Shown here in pieces: positions 11,645-21,253 of a DNA stretch of 64,000 bases. The notes under the pieces were generated by a model. The model had not been told where the DNA came from. It saw only the letters and a program-made list of their open reading frames with translations, and did no database searches. The stretch is from Escherichia coli (GTDB lineage Bacteria; Pseudomonadota; Gammaproteobacteria; Enterobacterales; Enterobacteriaceae): the NCBI RefSeq assembly GCF_003019035.1, contig NZ_CP027447.1; one strand, written 5' to 3'. The translations under genes were made by a program, and so were the position numbers. Positions within the stretch are counted from its first letter, which is position 1; each line of letters begins with the position of its first letter.

Positions 11645-12406
11645 TCACCACATCACTTTTTGTCGCTGTTTGGCGAGATAATTCAACGGTGTCAGGCCGT
11701 AAAACGCCTTAAAAACAGAGATAAAGTACGACGTGCTGCTATAGCCACATAATTGCGCCACCTGAGTGATATTTTTGTTATCCATCAATAACATCTGTAC
11801 GGCGTAACGCATACGACACTCTGTGACAATCTGGCTATAGCTGGTATTTTCGTTTTTTAATTTCTTTTTGAGCAGGCTGGGGCTTAAACATAGCGAACTG
11901 GCGACAATTCGCAGATTCCAGTAATGCTGAATATCGCTTTGAATAATGCGGCAGACGCTGTCGCGGACGCTGCTGCGTAAGATATACATCAGTAGGGCAA
12001 TAAACCGCGATTGCTCAAGAAAGTTAGACAATACGGTAAAAAGCAATGCGCGCGTCAACTCCGCTTCGCAGGGTTTGCTGGGTTGCTGCTTGCTGTGGTT
12101 GGCGGCTAGCCGGAACACTTCCGGTGTACGGCTATGACAAGCGATAACCGGGGTTGCCAGCCGCGACCAGGGCTTTATACAGGTTAAGTTCTTATTTAAA
12201 AACAACAGATAATCGTTGATGATGTTACGGTTGATGTGGGTGATTAATACGTGATTTAACGTTGAGAGTTCAATGACGTTATTGTTGCACGCGAAGGCGG
12301 CCAGGTAGTTTTTCGGAAGGGTAAACGTAGCATGGTTATTGACGCTTACCTCTACCTCTTTTTCGGTCAGGATCACCACGCAAGGTTCACTGCTGCTCAA
12401 TTGCAT
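11645..12406 (-). CDS. envY: AraC-family transcriptional regulator EnvY
   Basis: 253-aa ORF with C-terminal AraC-type helix-turn-helix; full-length match to recalled EnvY. Confidence 0.85.
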   Translation of the reverse strand: MQLSSSEPCVVILTEKEVEVSVNNHATFTLPKNYLAAFACNNNVIELSTLNHVLITHINRNIINDYLLFLNKNLTCIKPWSRLATPVIACHSRTPEVFRLAANHSKQQPSKPCEAELTRALLFTVLSNFLEQSRFIALLMYILRSSVRDSVCRIIQSDIQHYWNLRIVASSLCLSPSLLKKKLKNENTSYSQIVTECRMRYAVQMLLMDNKNITQVAQLCGYSSTSYFISVFKAFYGLTPLNYLAKQRQKVMW

Positions 12407-12588
12407 TTCGCACTCCTCAGATATCAGAAACTCCGCTCAAAGGATCTATGCTTCCTGCATGAGTGATCGGCCCGTTCGCCGATAACGATCTTCTTTCTTT
12501 AGCACGCTTTTTAGCAATTAATCTTGATGGAATTCTGACGAGAGCGAAAGAGGTAAGCCAGGTCGTACCCGACTTACCTGGAGGAGAT

Positions 12589-13479
12589 TTAATACTCGAG
12601 AATGCCGTGCGCGACGGGCAAATAGCGCAGAGAGAAATAGAGCGTGTCTTTACCGCAAGAGGAACGTTTCGCTAACAGCGAGGCAATTTCTGCGTCCGGT
12701 TTCGGTTTCGCTGTAAAGGTTTTGCCTTTGCCGGCGACAAACAGTTCATAAACAATGCCGCTTGCTGGGGCGGAGCTTTGGCAATCGGCGCTGGCCTGTA
12801 GATAACGTTCACGCTGTTCAGCGGTCAGTTTATCCACGCCGCTGCCATCCTGTACCCAGACATTAACGCCGGTTGCTTTAACGTGTTCCAGCAGTTGGCG
12901 ATAGCCATCGGGCGACATGTTTCCGGCGAAAAAACTACTGATATAAACCGGTTTTGCTGAAACATCGCTAATCAACCGCTGCGCGTTGTTTAACCATGTT
13001 AGCAAAGGCTGACGGGCGGCTTCGCTGCGCCAGTTCAGGTCGTCAATTTCCGCGCTGATGTACCAGCCATCCGGCGTTACGCCAGGTACGGCGCTCCATA
13101 ATCTGGCTTGCTGGAGATCGGCAGCCAGCAGGCGGTTAAGATAGCTTTCCAGCGCTGCAGACGACTGTTTCTGGTGCATAAAAAATTCCGGATCGGCATT
13201 CAGCCCGACAATCAGCTTCAGGCCAGCCTGTTGCGCAGCTGCGGCACGCTTAAACAATAACGCGTGCTGTTCTGGCTGGGTGAATGCATCGCCGTAACGA
13301 GTCCATTGCAAAACCAGGGTATCGAAGCCTTGCAAACGTAACTGACTCATCAGCCCCTGCCACTGGGTATCGGTAACCTGACTATCACGGTTTTGTGGTT
13401 GCCAGATAATACCTTTCATCGCAAAGGAAAAAGGGCTGACCAAAAGCAGTGTCAGCAATACGAAAATGAACTTACGCAT
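12589..13479 (-). CDS. ybcH: DUF4434-family protein YbcH
   Basis: 296-aa secreted protein, conserved neighbour directly downstream of nfrA. Confidence 0.85.
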   Translation of the reverse strand: MRKFIFVLLTLLLVSPFSFAMKGIIWQPQNRDSQVTDTQWQGLMSQLRLQGFDTLVLQWTRYGDAFTQPEQHALLFKRAAAAQQAGLKLIVGLNADPEFFMHQKQSSAALESYLNRLLAADLQQARLWSAVPGVTPDGWYISAEIDDLNWRSEAARQPLLTWLNNAQRLISDVSAKPVYISSFFAGNMSPDGYRQLLEHVKATGVNVWVQDGSGVDKLTAEQRERYLQASADCQSSAPASGIVYELFVAGKGKTFTAKPKPDAEIASLLAKRSSCGKDTLYFSLRYLPVAHGILEY

Positions 13480-16452
13480 TTACCAGTGCACTCCAATGGT
13501 GAGAAACGCATTGTTGCGCTCTCCGTTACGTTGATTAATCGCCTTAAAGGTATGTTGATACTCGACGCCGAGACTGACTTTGTGCGGCCAGGCGTCGTAG
13601 TGCGTCTCGCCGGTCCAGATATTCCAGCGGACCCCGACACCGCCAAGCTGCGCGCCCTGAGTGCCTTTATCACGATAGCCGTTGTCCTGAACGTGAGCGT
13701 AAGGCTCAATAGTCTGTCCGTTAGCTACCTTCTGATGCCAGCTGACGCGATAATCTGCCGTCCACGCCTGAATATCCTGGCGGATATATTGCGCTGCATC
13801 GAGGTACAGGTTTTGGGCAAACCAGCCTGAACCGTTCGGGTGCCATTCGTCGCTGTATTTGCCGCCATTAAAGAATGAGGCGCTGGCGCGCAGCATGGTA
13901 TCGGATGCGCCATTTTGCCCGTTCAGCGGCAACTGCTGTTCGACGGCGAGGAAAAAGATCTGATCGCGCAGCGGCTTCCAGCGCAGACCGGTGCCGGACA
14001 TCGGATTTTTCACCGGCATCATCACCCCGTTTTCTCCAGTATCGGCAAATACACGGCTGTAAACCGAGAGCAGGTCGCCTTCCAGCAGCATATTGCGTCC
14101 GATGCGATACTCGGCTTCCAGTTGCCCGTAGCTACGATAGCTTTTCCCTGGCGCTGCGCCGCCGACATTATTGTTAGCGGTACTCATTGCGCCGGAACGC
14201 AAGCCGATAGAAGAATCGAAACTGAACGTCCAGCGGCGACCGACCTCCTCATGCAGACGGCGGAAATTGAAGCGTTGCTGATTTTGCTCTGGGGTCAGTG
14301 GGGTTATCAGCGCCTGATTATCAATGTCATCAATCACCAGCCGGGCGTAGTGCTGCGTCGCAGGCATGTCATCCAGACGCTGGTTCACGTAGGCCAGTTG
14401 TCGGATAAGTGCCGGATCGTCCGGTAGCCCTTTATGCGCCTGTTCGAGCATTTCCCGCGACTGTGCGATATCACCGCTATCCCACAAGGCGTAACCGAGC
14501 GCTGCCTGGGTGTTGCTATTATTCGGTTCCAGTTCCAGCGCGGCGCGCAAATCACTCACCGCCGCCGGGACATTATGACGTTGGCGATAAATTGTCGCCC
14601 GCGCAACGTAAGCGTTGGCAGAAGGCGCAATATTGATTGAGCGCGTGAGATCGTTCAGTGCGAGTTCCGGCTGACCAGGAATGTAACGTTGCGCATGCAG
14701 CCACCAGTAGAGGGCATTGTTTCCCAGCCCACGTTGTTCTGCCTGCTGAAGCCAGCGATCGCGAGCCGCACCATTTCCTGCCGCCTGGGCGGTATTGGCA
14801 GCAGCAAGCAGATCCTCATTGCTCATGTCGTGAAGACTGATTTTCTGCCAGGCCGCCAGTGCGGTGGCGTAGTCCTCAACCTGATACGCCTGATAGGCTA
14901 CCGCACGATGTTGCCAGGCGTTCGGTTGTCGTTGTTCGGCCTGAAGCCATGCATACAACGCCACACCGGGTAGCGTGTCCCGATAACACTTTGCCAGACG
15001 GTTCCAGGCGGCGGCATCGTAGGAAGGCGACATATCGCCCAGCAAGCGAACTATTGCCGGGCAATTATCTGCAATACCCGGCAACTGACTTTGCCACTGA
15101 CGTTGCTCCGCCAGCGGTAAAGGTTTCGATAAAATCGCCACCTTCGCCGGCGTTGCCAGGTAAGGATGACTTTCCAGCAGAGACGCCAGTCGCGCCATTA
15201 ACGTCTGGCTGACACGCGCATCGCCCTGGAAAGGATAGCGTTGCAGCAATAAATCGGCAGCTTCGCGTGACTGCTCGTTCTGCATCAGTTGCCAGGTCAG
15301 TTGATCCAGGCGGGTAAGATTTGCCGGTTCTTGCTGATACAGCAATCGTGCCAGACGCAGAGCTTCAGCCTTGTTATGGGTCGCTACGCTAACGGTATAA
15401 CGCTCCTCAAGCATTTCATTGGCGGGGAGGGTGGCGAGCAGTTTTTGCGCTGCGTCGTACTGACCTTCTTTTAACAGCACCGGTAGCGTCGCGCCAACAA
15501 CATACTGGCGGTTATCGGCAAACTGTACCGTATAATTCGCCAACGCCTGAACGGGGTTGACGCTGTATTTAGATAACAGATAGAGCCAACTTTTCTCTTG
15601 TGCGTCCGTGGTAAACAGCGGCTTATTTTCAATGAGATAATGCTGGAGGCGCGCTTTTTCGCCACGATAAGCCAGCGCGGTCGCGTAAGTAATATATGAC
15701 TGAGGATCGGTGAAGATCCCCTGTGATTGCAGCGCCAGGATCCGATCATCCAGCTGCGCGGCAAGAAGCACGTCAAACCACTGACGGCGTTCTGCCGCGC
15801 TTAATGTGTTCTGCTGGCGTGCTTCATTATATAGCGTATCTGCCTGGGACCATTGTTTCAGGTAGATTGCGCGTTGCAGCAGATCGGTTCGCAACGTTTT
15901 TCCTTCCGGCGATGCAGCAAACGTCGCATCGTTTAGTTGCGCTCTGGCGACAGGTAATTGTGCCAGCCGCAGGGCATTCTGCCCGACTTCACTGCGACAA
16001 CGCAGGGTCGGCGCAGCGTCGCACGCTTTTTGCTGGGCAAGCAGTTCTTCAACAGTCGTAACGCTTTTCACTTCAACTGGAATAGCCGCCAGACTGCGCT
16101 CAAGTCGGGCATCTCCTGGGTGACGTTTCAGTTGATCCTCAAGCAACAGCCGCGCCCGGTCATCATGACCAAAATGGCGATAGGCTTCCGCAAGGTATAA
16201 AGTCAGCGGAATATTATCCGGCACCTGCTGGTGTATATATTCAAATTCGCGGATGGCGGTTGCTTCGTCGTTATTTTTCTGTGCCTTCAGCGCCTTGTCG
16301 AGACGGGGATAAATAACGAAATGGCGATAATCGCTCAGCCCCAGCTCTTCTGCGCTGGTGCCGATATTGTCTGCGAGTGCGCTGGTACTCAATAAAGACG
16401 TCAGCAGTAAACCAGACCATCCGATGACGCGATTAAGGTTATTCTCCTTCAT
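13480..16452 (-). CDS. nfrA: bacteriophage N4 adsorption protein A (outer-membrane TPR protein)
   Basis: 990-aa product from MKENNLNRVIGWSG... with signal peptide; start trimmed from the 997-aa track ORF. Confidence 0.9.
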   Translation of the reverse strand: MKENNLNRVIGWSGLLLTSLLSTSALADNIGTSAEELGLSDYRHFVIYPRLDKALKAQKNNDEATAIREFEYIHQQVPDNIPLTLYLAEAYRHFGHDDRARLLLEDQLKRHPGDARLERSLAAIPVEVKSVTTVEELLAQQKACDAAPTLRCRSEVGQNALRLAQLPVARAQLNDATFAASPEGKTLRTDLLQRAIYLKQWSQADTLYNEARQQNTLSAAERRQWFDVLLAAQLDDRILALQSQGIFTDPQSYITYATALAYRGEKARLQHYLIENKPLFTTDAQEKSWLYLLSKYSVNPVQALANYTVQFADNRQYVVGATLPVLLKEGQYDAAQKLLATLPANEMLEERYTVSVATHNKAEALRLARLLYQQEPANLTRLDQLTWQLMQNEQSREAADLLLQRYPFQGDARVSQTLMARLASLLESHPYLATPAKVAILSKPLPLAEQRQWQSQLPGIADNCPAIVRLLGDMSPSYDAAAWNRLAKCYRDTLPGVALYAWLQAEQRQPNAWQHRAVAYQAYQVEDYATALAAWQKISLHDMSNEDLLAAANTAQAAGNGAARDRWLQQAEQRGLGNNALYWWLHAQRYIPGQPELALNDLTRSINIAPSANAYVARATIYRQRHNVPAAVSDLRAALELEPNNSNTQAALGYALWDSGDIAQSREMLEQAHKGLPDDPALIRQLAYVNQRLDDMPATQHYARLVIDDIDNQALITPLTPEQNQQRFNFRRLHEEVGRRWTFSFDSSIGLRSGAMSTANNNVGGAAPGKSYRSYGQLEAEYRIGRNMLLEGDLLSVYSRVFADTGENGVMMPVKNPMSGTGLRWKPLRDQIFFLAVEQQLPLNGQNGASDTMLRASASFFNGGKYSDEWHPNGSGWFAQNLYLDAAQYIRQDIQAWTADYRVSWHQKVANGQTIEPYAHVQDNGYRDKGTQGAQLGGVGVRWNIWTGETHYDAWPHKVSLGVEYQHTFKAINQRNGERNNAFLTIGVHW

Positions 16453-18676
16453 TTTCGGACTCCAGTTGCGCAACCTTTTCTGTGTTTAAACCTGCTTTGA
16501 GTAATAGTGATTGCATCGAAACTTGTAATTCGCGTTGAATTGTCAGAACGCGATCCAACGTTTCCTGGCTGATAACGCCTTCGGTGACCAAAAACTTGCC
16601 GAGCGGCAGAGAACTGCGTTCATGGCGCAATAACAACACGTTAATTGCTGAACGATTAATATGACCGAGCGTGGTCAGTATTTCGGCGAACAGGAACTGA
16701 TGCGGCACATATTGCCGCCAGATTTCACCGGCCTGCTGTTCCGTGAGCCACTGATGCTGAACCGCATTGTACAACATTGCCCGCGGATCGTGACCGCGTC
16801 GGCGCGCATACCAGTGGCGTAACCCCGTGACAATTTGTCCCCGCAGAACAATGACGTAACGCACTTTGCGTCCGACTTTACGCGTCAGGGCCGCCAGCGA
16901 AACCGGGTCAATACCATCTTCACTGCCGACAATTAACTCATCATTTTCCAGACGCAGCGGCAGCACTGCATAATGCAGCGCCACGGAGGCCGGCATCTCG
17001 GCAATCAGTGATGAAGGGATCTGCCAGGCGTCGATCGACTCCCACGCCACGCCGTTTTGCTCTGCCAGCGCCTGTGCCAGCTGCTCGGCGCTAATCAGCC
17101 CCTGCATCAGCATTGAACCGCCAAGGCGTAGACCTTCGACGCGATTACGCAGTGCTGTATCGAGTTGTTCTTCAGTGATGACCTGATTTTCCAGCAGAAT
17201 TTGACCTAACGGGCGCAACGAGCGGGTATCGCCAGTCACGCTGGGGAAGTCATGCGTTGTTTTATCCCACGCCACGCGACGTGGATCGCCGTGTTGAAGT
17301 ACCTGTTTTAACGCGCGCCAGTTGGCCATGAAGTTAATCAGGTTGCCCCAGAAAAGACGCAGGACAGATAGTAGCCCCTGCGTCAGGCCGTAGTAGCCAG
17401 TGACGAAAATCACCCGCTGCACGATGCGGTTAACCATCAAGCCAAAGTTTAGCCACAGCAGGGTCATTAACCATGCGCTGCCGCTGAAAATAGAAAGGAA
17501 ATGCCAGGCATCGGGCCACAAACTTTCATACGCCAGTAACAGCAAAAGCTGGATCATCACCAGCATCGCGAGGAAGCTGACAAAGTTACTGATTGCCCCT
17601 TTGCGGTCGCGCCAGAGAAAGTAGTTCAGCGTCAGGCTGGAGGTCCATTTGTGGGTTTTAAAGCCCTGGAAAACAATGCCGATGATCCAGCGAGATTTTT
17701 GTCGAACCGCCGTCGAAAAGGTATCGGGGAAATATTCGCGCACGCAGATCATGTTTGACGTCCGCGCGTGCTGTAAAAATTTACGCTGCTCGCGTTCTTT
17801 GGCTTCGTCCACCACCGGAAAACGGACAAAAATTTCCGTCATACCTTTTTCTTTCAGGCGGAAACCAATGTCGTAATCTTCAGTAAGACTCTGCACGTCG
17901 AAAGCAATACCGTCACCGTCAGCTAACAGTGCGGTCACGGCGCGGCGGCTGAAACAAGTACCGACACCTGCGCTGGGCACCTGTCCGGCGAGGGCTTCAC
18001 GCACCGGAACATCTTTGCCATGCAGTTCTGAAAACTCATCAATGTAAGTCATGCTGGTGAAGTGCGTCCATTCGCGTTCGAATGGGTATACCGGGATCTG
18101 AATCAGATCTTTACGCTCGACCAGATAGTTGAACAGACGCAATTCCATCGGTGAAATTACGTCTTCGGCGTCATGCAGAATAAAACCAGCAAAAGCGAAA
18201 TTGGCGCTACGCTCAAACTGGGTGATGGCGTCCAGCACGTTGTTCAGGCAGTCGGCTTTGCTGGTGGGGCCAGGACGCGCGCAGACTACCTTATGCACGT
18301 TTGGGAAGCGAGCGCACACTTCGTCAACATCACGCTGAGTATCGGGGTCGTTGGGGTAGGTGCCAACAAAGATATGATAGTTTTCATAGTCGAGCGTGGT
18401 CGCCGCCAGCTCGGCCATATTGCCGATGACGCCCGTTTCATTCCACGCCGGAACCATAATCGCTAACGGTTTTTCATCTGGTTTATACAGTTCGCGGTAA
18501 CTCATTCGCGGGTAGCGGCGATAAACACTCAACTTGCGTTTAATGCGGCGTACCCAGTAGACGACATCAATAAAAAAATCGTCCAGCCCGCTGATGAACA
18601 TGATGACCGCTAACGTTATCGCGATTACTTTTAAGCCATATAGCCAGGTTGCAAAAACATCAAGAAGCCAGTCCAC
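16439..18676 (-). CDS. nfrB: bacteriophage N4 adsorption protein B (inner-membrane glycosyltransferase)
   Basis: 745-aa ORF, membrane N-terminus plus GT2-like domain; overlaps the nfrA start (operon). Confidence 0.92.
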   Translation of the reverse strand: MDWLLDVFATWLYGLKVIAITLAVIMFISGLDDFFIDVVYWVRRIKRKLSVYRRYPRMSYRELYKPDEKPLAIMVPAWNETGVIGNMAELAATTLDYENYHIFVGTYPNDPDTQRDVDEVCARFPNVHKVVCARPGPTSKADCLNNVLDAITQFERSANFAFAGFILHDAEDVISPMELRLFNYLVERKDLIQIPVYPFEREWTHFTSMTYIDEFSELHGKDVPVREALAGQVPSAGVGTCFSRRAVTALLADGDGIAFDVQSLTEDYDIGFRLKEKGMTEIFVRFPVVDEAKEREQRKFLQHARTSNMICVREYFPDTFSTAVRQKSRWIIGIVFQGFKTHKWTSSLTLNYFLWRDRKGAISNFVSFLAMLVMIQLLLLLAYESLWPDAWHFLSIFSGSAWLMTLLWLNFGLMVNRIVQRVIFVTGYYGLTQGLLSVLRLFWGNLINFMANWRALKQVLQHGDPRRVAWDKTTHDFPSVTGDTRSLRPLGQILLENQVITEEQLDTALRNRVEGLRLGGSMLMQGLISAEQLAQALAEQNGVAWESIDAWQIPSSLIAEMPASVALHYAVLPLRLENDELIVGSEDGIDPVSLAALTRKVGRKVRYVIVLRGQIVTGLRHWYARRRGHDPRAMLYNAVQHQWLTEQQAGEIWRQYVPHQFLFAEILTTLGHINRSAINVLLLRHERSSLPLGKFLVTEGVISQETLDRVLTIQRELQVSMQSLLLKAGLNTEKVAQLESENEGE

Positions 18677-18855
18677 ACAAAAACCTTACATTAACGCTGG
18701 TTATGTTTAGGGTGGCGTATATTAAAGTTTTTTATGAATTGTGACAGCTTTTTATCATTAATAGGTAGGATTATTGCGGCACGTTATTTTTACACTGGTT
18801 ATAAAAGTTGCCGATTGCGTAGAATGTAGACAAAAGCGTGGTGTCAAGGAGGGGA

Positions 18856-20160
18856 GGGTAACGCAGGGAAAGATTACGAAAGCCCGCTCCCCGCAAGGAC
18901 TGACGCCAGATAGTTTCTGTCCATGGCTGCTTTTCGCATCTTACGTCTTAACCCTGCCTTGAATACCTTATCATTCGTCAAAATATTAATAGCGATGTGC
19001 CGTATCCCTGAAAATAATTCTGCTGCATTTCCTCTTCTTATTTTGCAGTCGTCTTCATTCATTACCACGTCCAGACGCCAGTGCAGCTTATTCTCCACGT
19101 GCCAGTGGTTTCGGATTGCTGTGGCGAACTTCTCTGCGGTTAAATCAGCAGAACTGATATAATATCTGACCGTCATTTCGGGCTCTTTCTTTTGTTCTGC
19201 TATTATTGACCGAAAGGAGACTGCCACGCATAATTTCTTCAGACCTTTCCATTCAAACGTGAAATCAATAAGTTCATCAGGGACATCGCAAACAATGTGA
19301 AGACGGATTTCTTCTCTGCCGTGACTCTTTTCACTCATTGCGTAACTGTCATGCTCTGGATTATTTAATTCTTTCAGCGGAAATTTTTCCTCGAAGGCTT
19401 TATTTAGCCGCCCCTGGTTTCCTTTTACAGCGAATAAATAATCACCTCCCTGTTTTTGTATCTTCTCTGCAATATCTTTCTGGCAACCCATCGCATCAGT
19501 TGTGATGATTTTTCCTTTAATATCCAGCATGTTAAGAAGTTCTTGGATAGCTGTAATCTCATTGGATTTCTCATCCGTCCTGATCTGTCCGATGACCAGA
19601 CTATGCATTGTTGAGAACGCACTAATGACATGAATCGCTCCCTTGCGGCGACTCTTGTCATAAGAGTGCCGGAGCGTTTTTCCATCAATTGCAATGACGC
19701 CTTTATCATCTGAAGAATGGCAGTCACGCATCCAGTTAATAAAGCACTCGTGAAATTTTGCAGGACTGATACAGGATACAACTCTGGCAATGGTATCGTG
19801 AACAGGAATACCATTTTCAAAATCACCATATTGCTTCAAAAAATCGAGATGTGTTTCCCCAAAATCCTCTATATCTTCCCAGCCTTCTGCACCAGAAATA
19901 ACGGCACAAATAGTCAACAGTAGAATATCCGACAATTTATGTTCCACTTTCCAGGCTTGTCTGTACTCGGGAATAACAGAAATATGTTCTATCAATTTTT
20001 TAAGTACCATTTTGTTCTCCTTAATTATGTAAGGAGTATTTGATCATGTATAAGCAATAAAAAACAGCTTCAGGTAATGAGGAATATCTCAATTTTTAAA
20101 CATAAAATGCGAATTATTTAGTACAAAAAAGCAGCGTTACGTGATCTTTCCCTGTGTAAT
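18856..20160 (-). mobile_element. H-repeat / ISAs1-family insertion sequence (about 1.3 kb)
   Basis: Contains the 378-aa H-repeat-associated transposase; imperfect terminal inverted repeats centred on CAGGGAAAGAT (18861-18878 versus reverse complement of 20139-20156, 15/17 identical); boundaries approximate to about 5 bp. Confidence 0.75.
18874..20010 (-). CDS. ISAs1-family (H-repeat-associated, YhhI-like) transposase
   Basis: 378-aa [53 protein letters not shown]...; near-identical to the recalled E. coli H-rpt protein family. Confidence 0.9.
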   Translation of the reverse strand: MVLKKLIEHISVIPEYRQAWKVEHKLSDILLLTICAVISGAEGWEDIEDFGETHLDFLKQYGDFENGIPVHDTIARVVSCISPAKFHECFINWMRDCHSSDDKGVIAIDGKTLRHSYDKSRRKGAIHVISAFSTMHSLVIGQIRTDEKSNEITAIQELLNMLDIKGKIITTDAMGCQKDIAEKIQKQGGDYLFAVKGNQGRLNKAFEEKFPLKELNNPEHDSYAMSEKSHGREEIRLHIVCDVPDELIDFTFEWKGLKKLCVAVSFRSIIAEQKKEPEMTVRYYISSADLTAEKFATAIRNHWHVENKLHWRLDVVMNEDDCKIRRGNAAELFSGIRHIAINILTNDKVFKAGLRRKMRKAAMDRNYLASVLAGSGLS

Positions 20161-20834
20161 CCCCCAGCTAAATCATGAACTTTTTGAGCCATTTTACTTA
20201 ATTCAGGGCAGGCTCCTAAACCTAATGGATCTGTGAAGCAACACGGATTCAGCACATAACCATAAGTGTTTAGTCCACCCAATACACCCAGGGGGTCACT
20301 CACCAGATACATCCCGGTCTCCGGCTCGTAGTACCGGAACCGGTTATAGCACAGCCCTGACTCCGCATCCCGCCACTGCCCCGCATACAGCAGACCGGGG
20401 TCCGCTTCTGCGTCTCGCTCCCCGCGCGGGTCCGGGTAGTCCCTGTCTGCGCTGACGCTGAGTGCCAGCCCCCACAGGCTGGTCTGCTCCGCACGCCACA
20501 CCACGTTACCCTGACTGTTAAAGAGCATCACCGGGCGGCCTGTCAGGTCGCTTACCGCATGGCTGGTCCGCGTCACCCACTGCGGGGCCACGGACGGGTG
20601 CGGCTGCCGTACCCGGCTGAACTGCTGGCTTATCAGCTCAAAGCCGTTAAACACCAGGTACCGCACACTGTACAGTTTATCATCGCGGTATTCCCGGATT
20701 TCCGCAATAGTGTCGCCGTCCCACAGATATGTGATGCGGAGGGCTTTTTGTTTGCAGCGTTTCTCTGTCCGTCTGCCACTGGCGTCGTGGCAGTATTCCC
20801 ACTGCTCACCCCGGGCGCTGCGGTAGCCGATCAC
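20118..20834 (-). pseudogene. orphan rhs C-terminal fragment (last about 206 aa of Rhs core plus a truncated alternative tip)
   Basis: Homologous to residues about 1260-1470 of the upstream Rhs through the PxxxxDPxGL core end (DPLGL); no upstream ORF or canonical start; only about 19 native residues follow DPLGL before the reading frame runs into the IS terminal repeat. Confidence 0.7.
20217..20834. repeat. direct repeat copy 1 (rhs core 3' end, orphan copy)
   Basis: About 620 bp, high-identity copy of 21694-22311 visible in both nucleotide and protein alignment. Confidence 0.75.
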
Positions 20835-20863
20835 GGCTGTCGTGGCGGAACTTTATCTCTTTT

Positions 20864-21253
20864 TTATTTAATCCAGTAAGCTAATCTCTCACCAATCTTC
20901 AAATTTTCTCTTTTGTAATAAAATACAGTATCAAAGTTAATGGATATTTTTTTCGCAATAACTTTGAATTTCAATTCAAATTCCGAATAAAACTCTAATA
21001 CTAACATTTCACGAGCATTGTCAGTGCAACTTGATAGCTTAATAAACTCCTCATTAAGATCGCATGACCAGTCCATAACACCGCTAATATAGCATGGCGT
21101 GTCTATTATTATTTCCAGTGTGTGATAGTAAGAAAGGTCATCACTCCCGGAAATAATCAAGCGATTATGTTCATAAAGAAAAACTGAAAAATCCAACCAA
21201 CTTTCTTTCCAATTATGGTGCTTTATATCATTAATTATGTTTTGCTCACTCAT
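20864..21253 (-). CDS. candidate cognate immunity protein for the Rhs C-terminal toxin
   Basis: 129-aa AT-rich ORF; its ATG overlaps the rhs TGA stop in a 4-bp ATGA overlap; positional analogy to rhsI genes; no family recognised from sequence. Confidence 0.6.
   Translation of the reverse strand: MSEQNIINDIKHHNWKESWLDFSVFLYEHNRLIISGSDDLSYYHTLEIIIDTPCYISGVMDWSCDLNEEFIKLSSCTDNAREMLVLEFYSEFELKFKVIAKKISINFDTVFYYKRENLKIGERLAYWIK

Noticed and set aside
12463-12675. 70-aa plus-strand ORF in the envY-ybcH interval
   Set aside because: Overlaps the 3' end of ybcH on the opposite strand; no ribosome-binding site; probably non-coding.
13875-16200. Series of 60-170-aa plus-strand ORFs inside nfrA (e.g. 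13915-14427, 14859-15212, 15723-16061)
   Set aside because: All are embedded antisense in the nfrA coding region, are Arg/Pro/Ala-rich (a GC-skew artefact) and have no start context.
18774-19162. Small plus-strand ORFs inside the IS element (18774-18962, 18923-19162)
   Set aside because: Lie within or antisense to the transposase gene and IS end; no support as independent genes.
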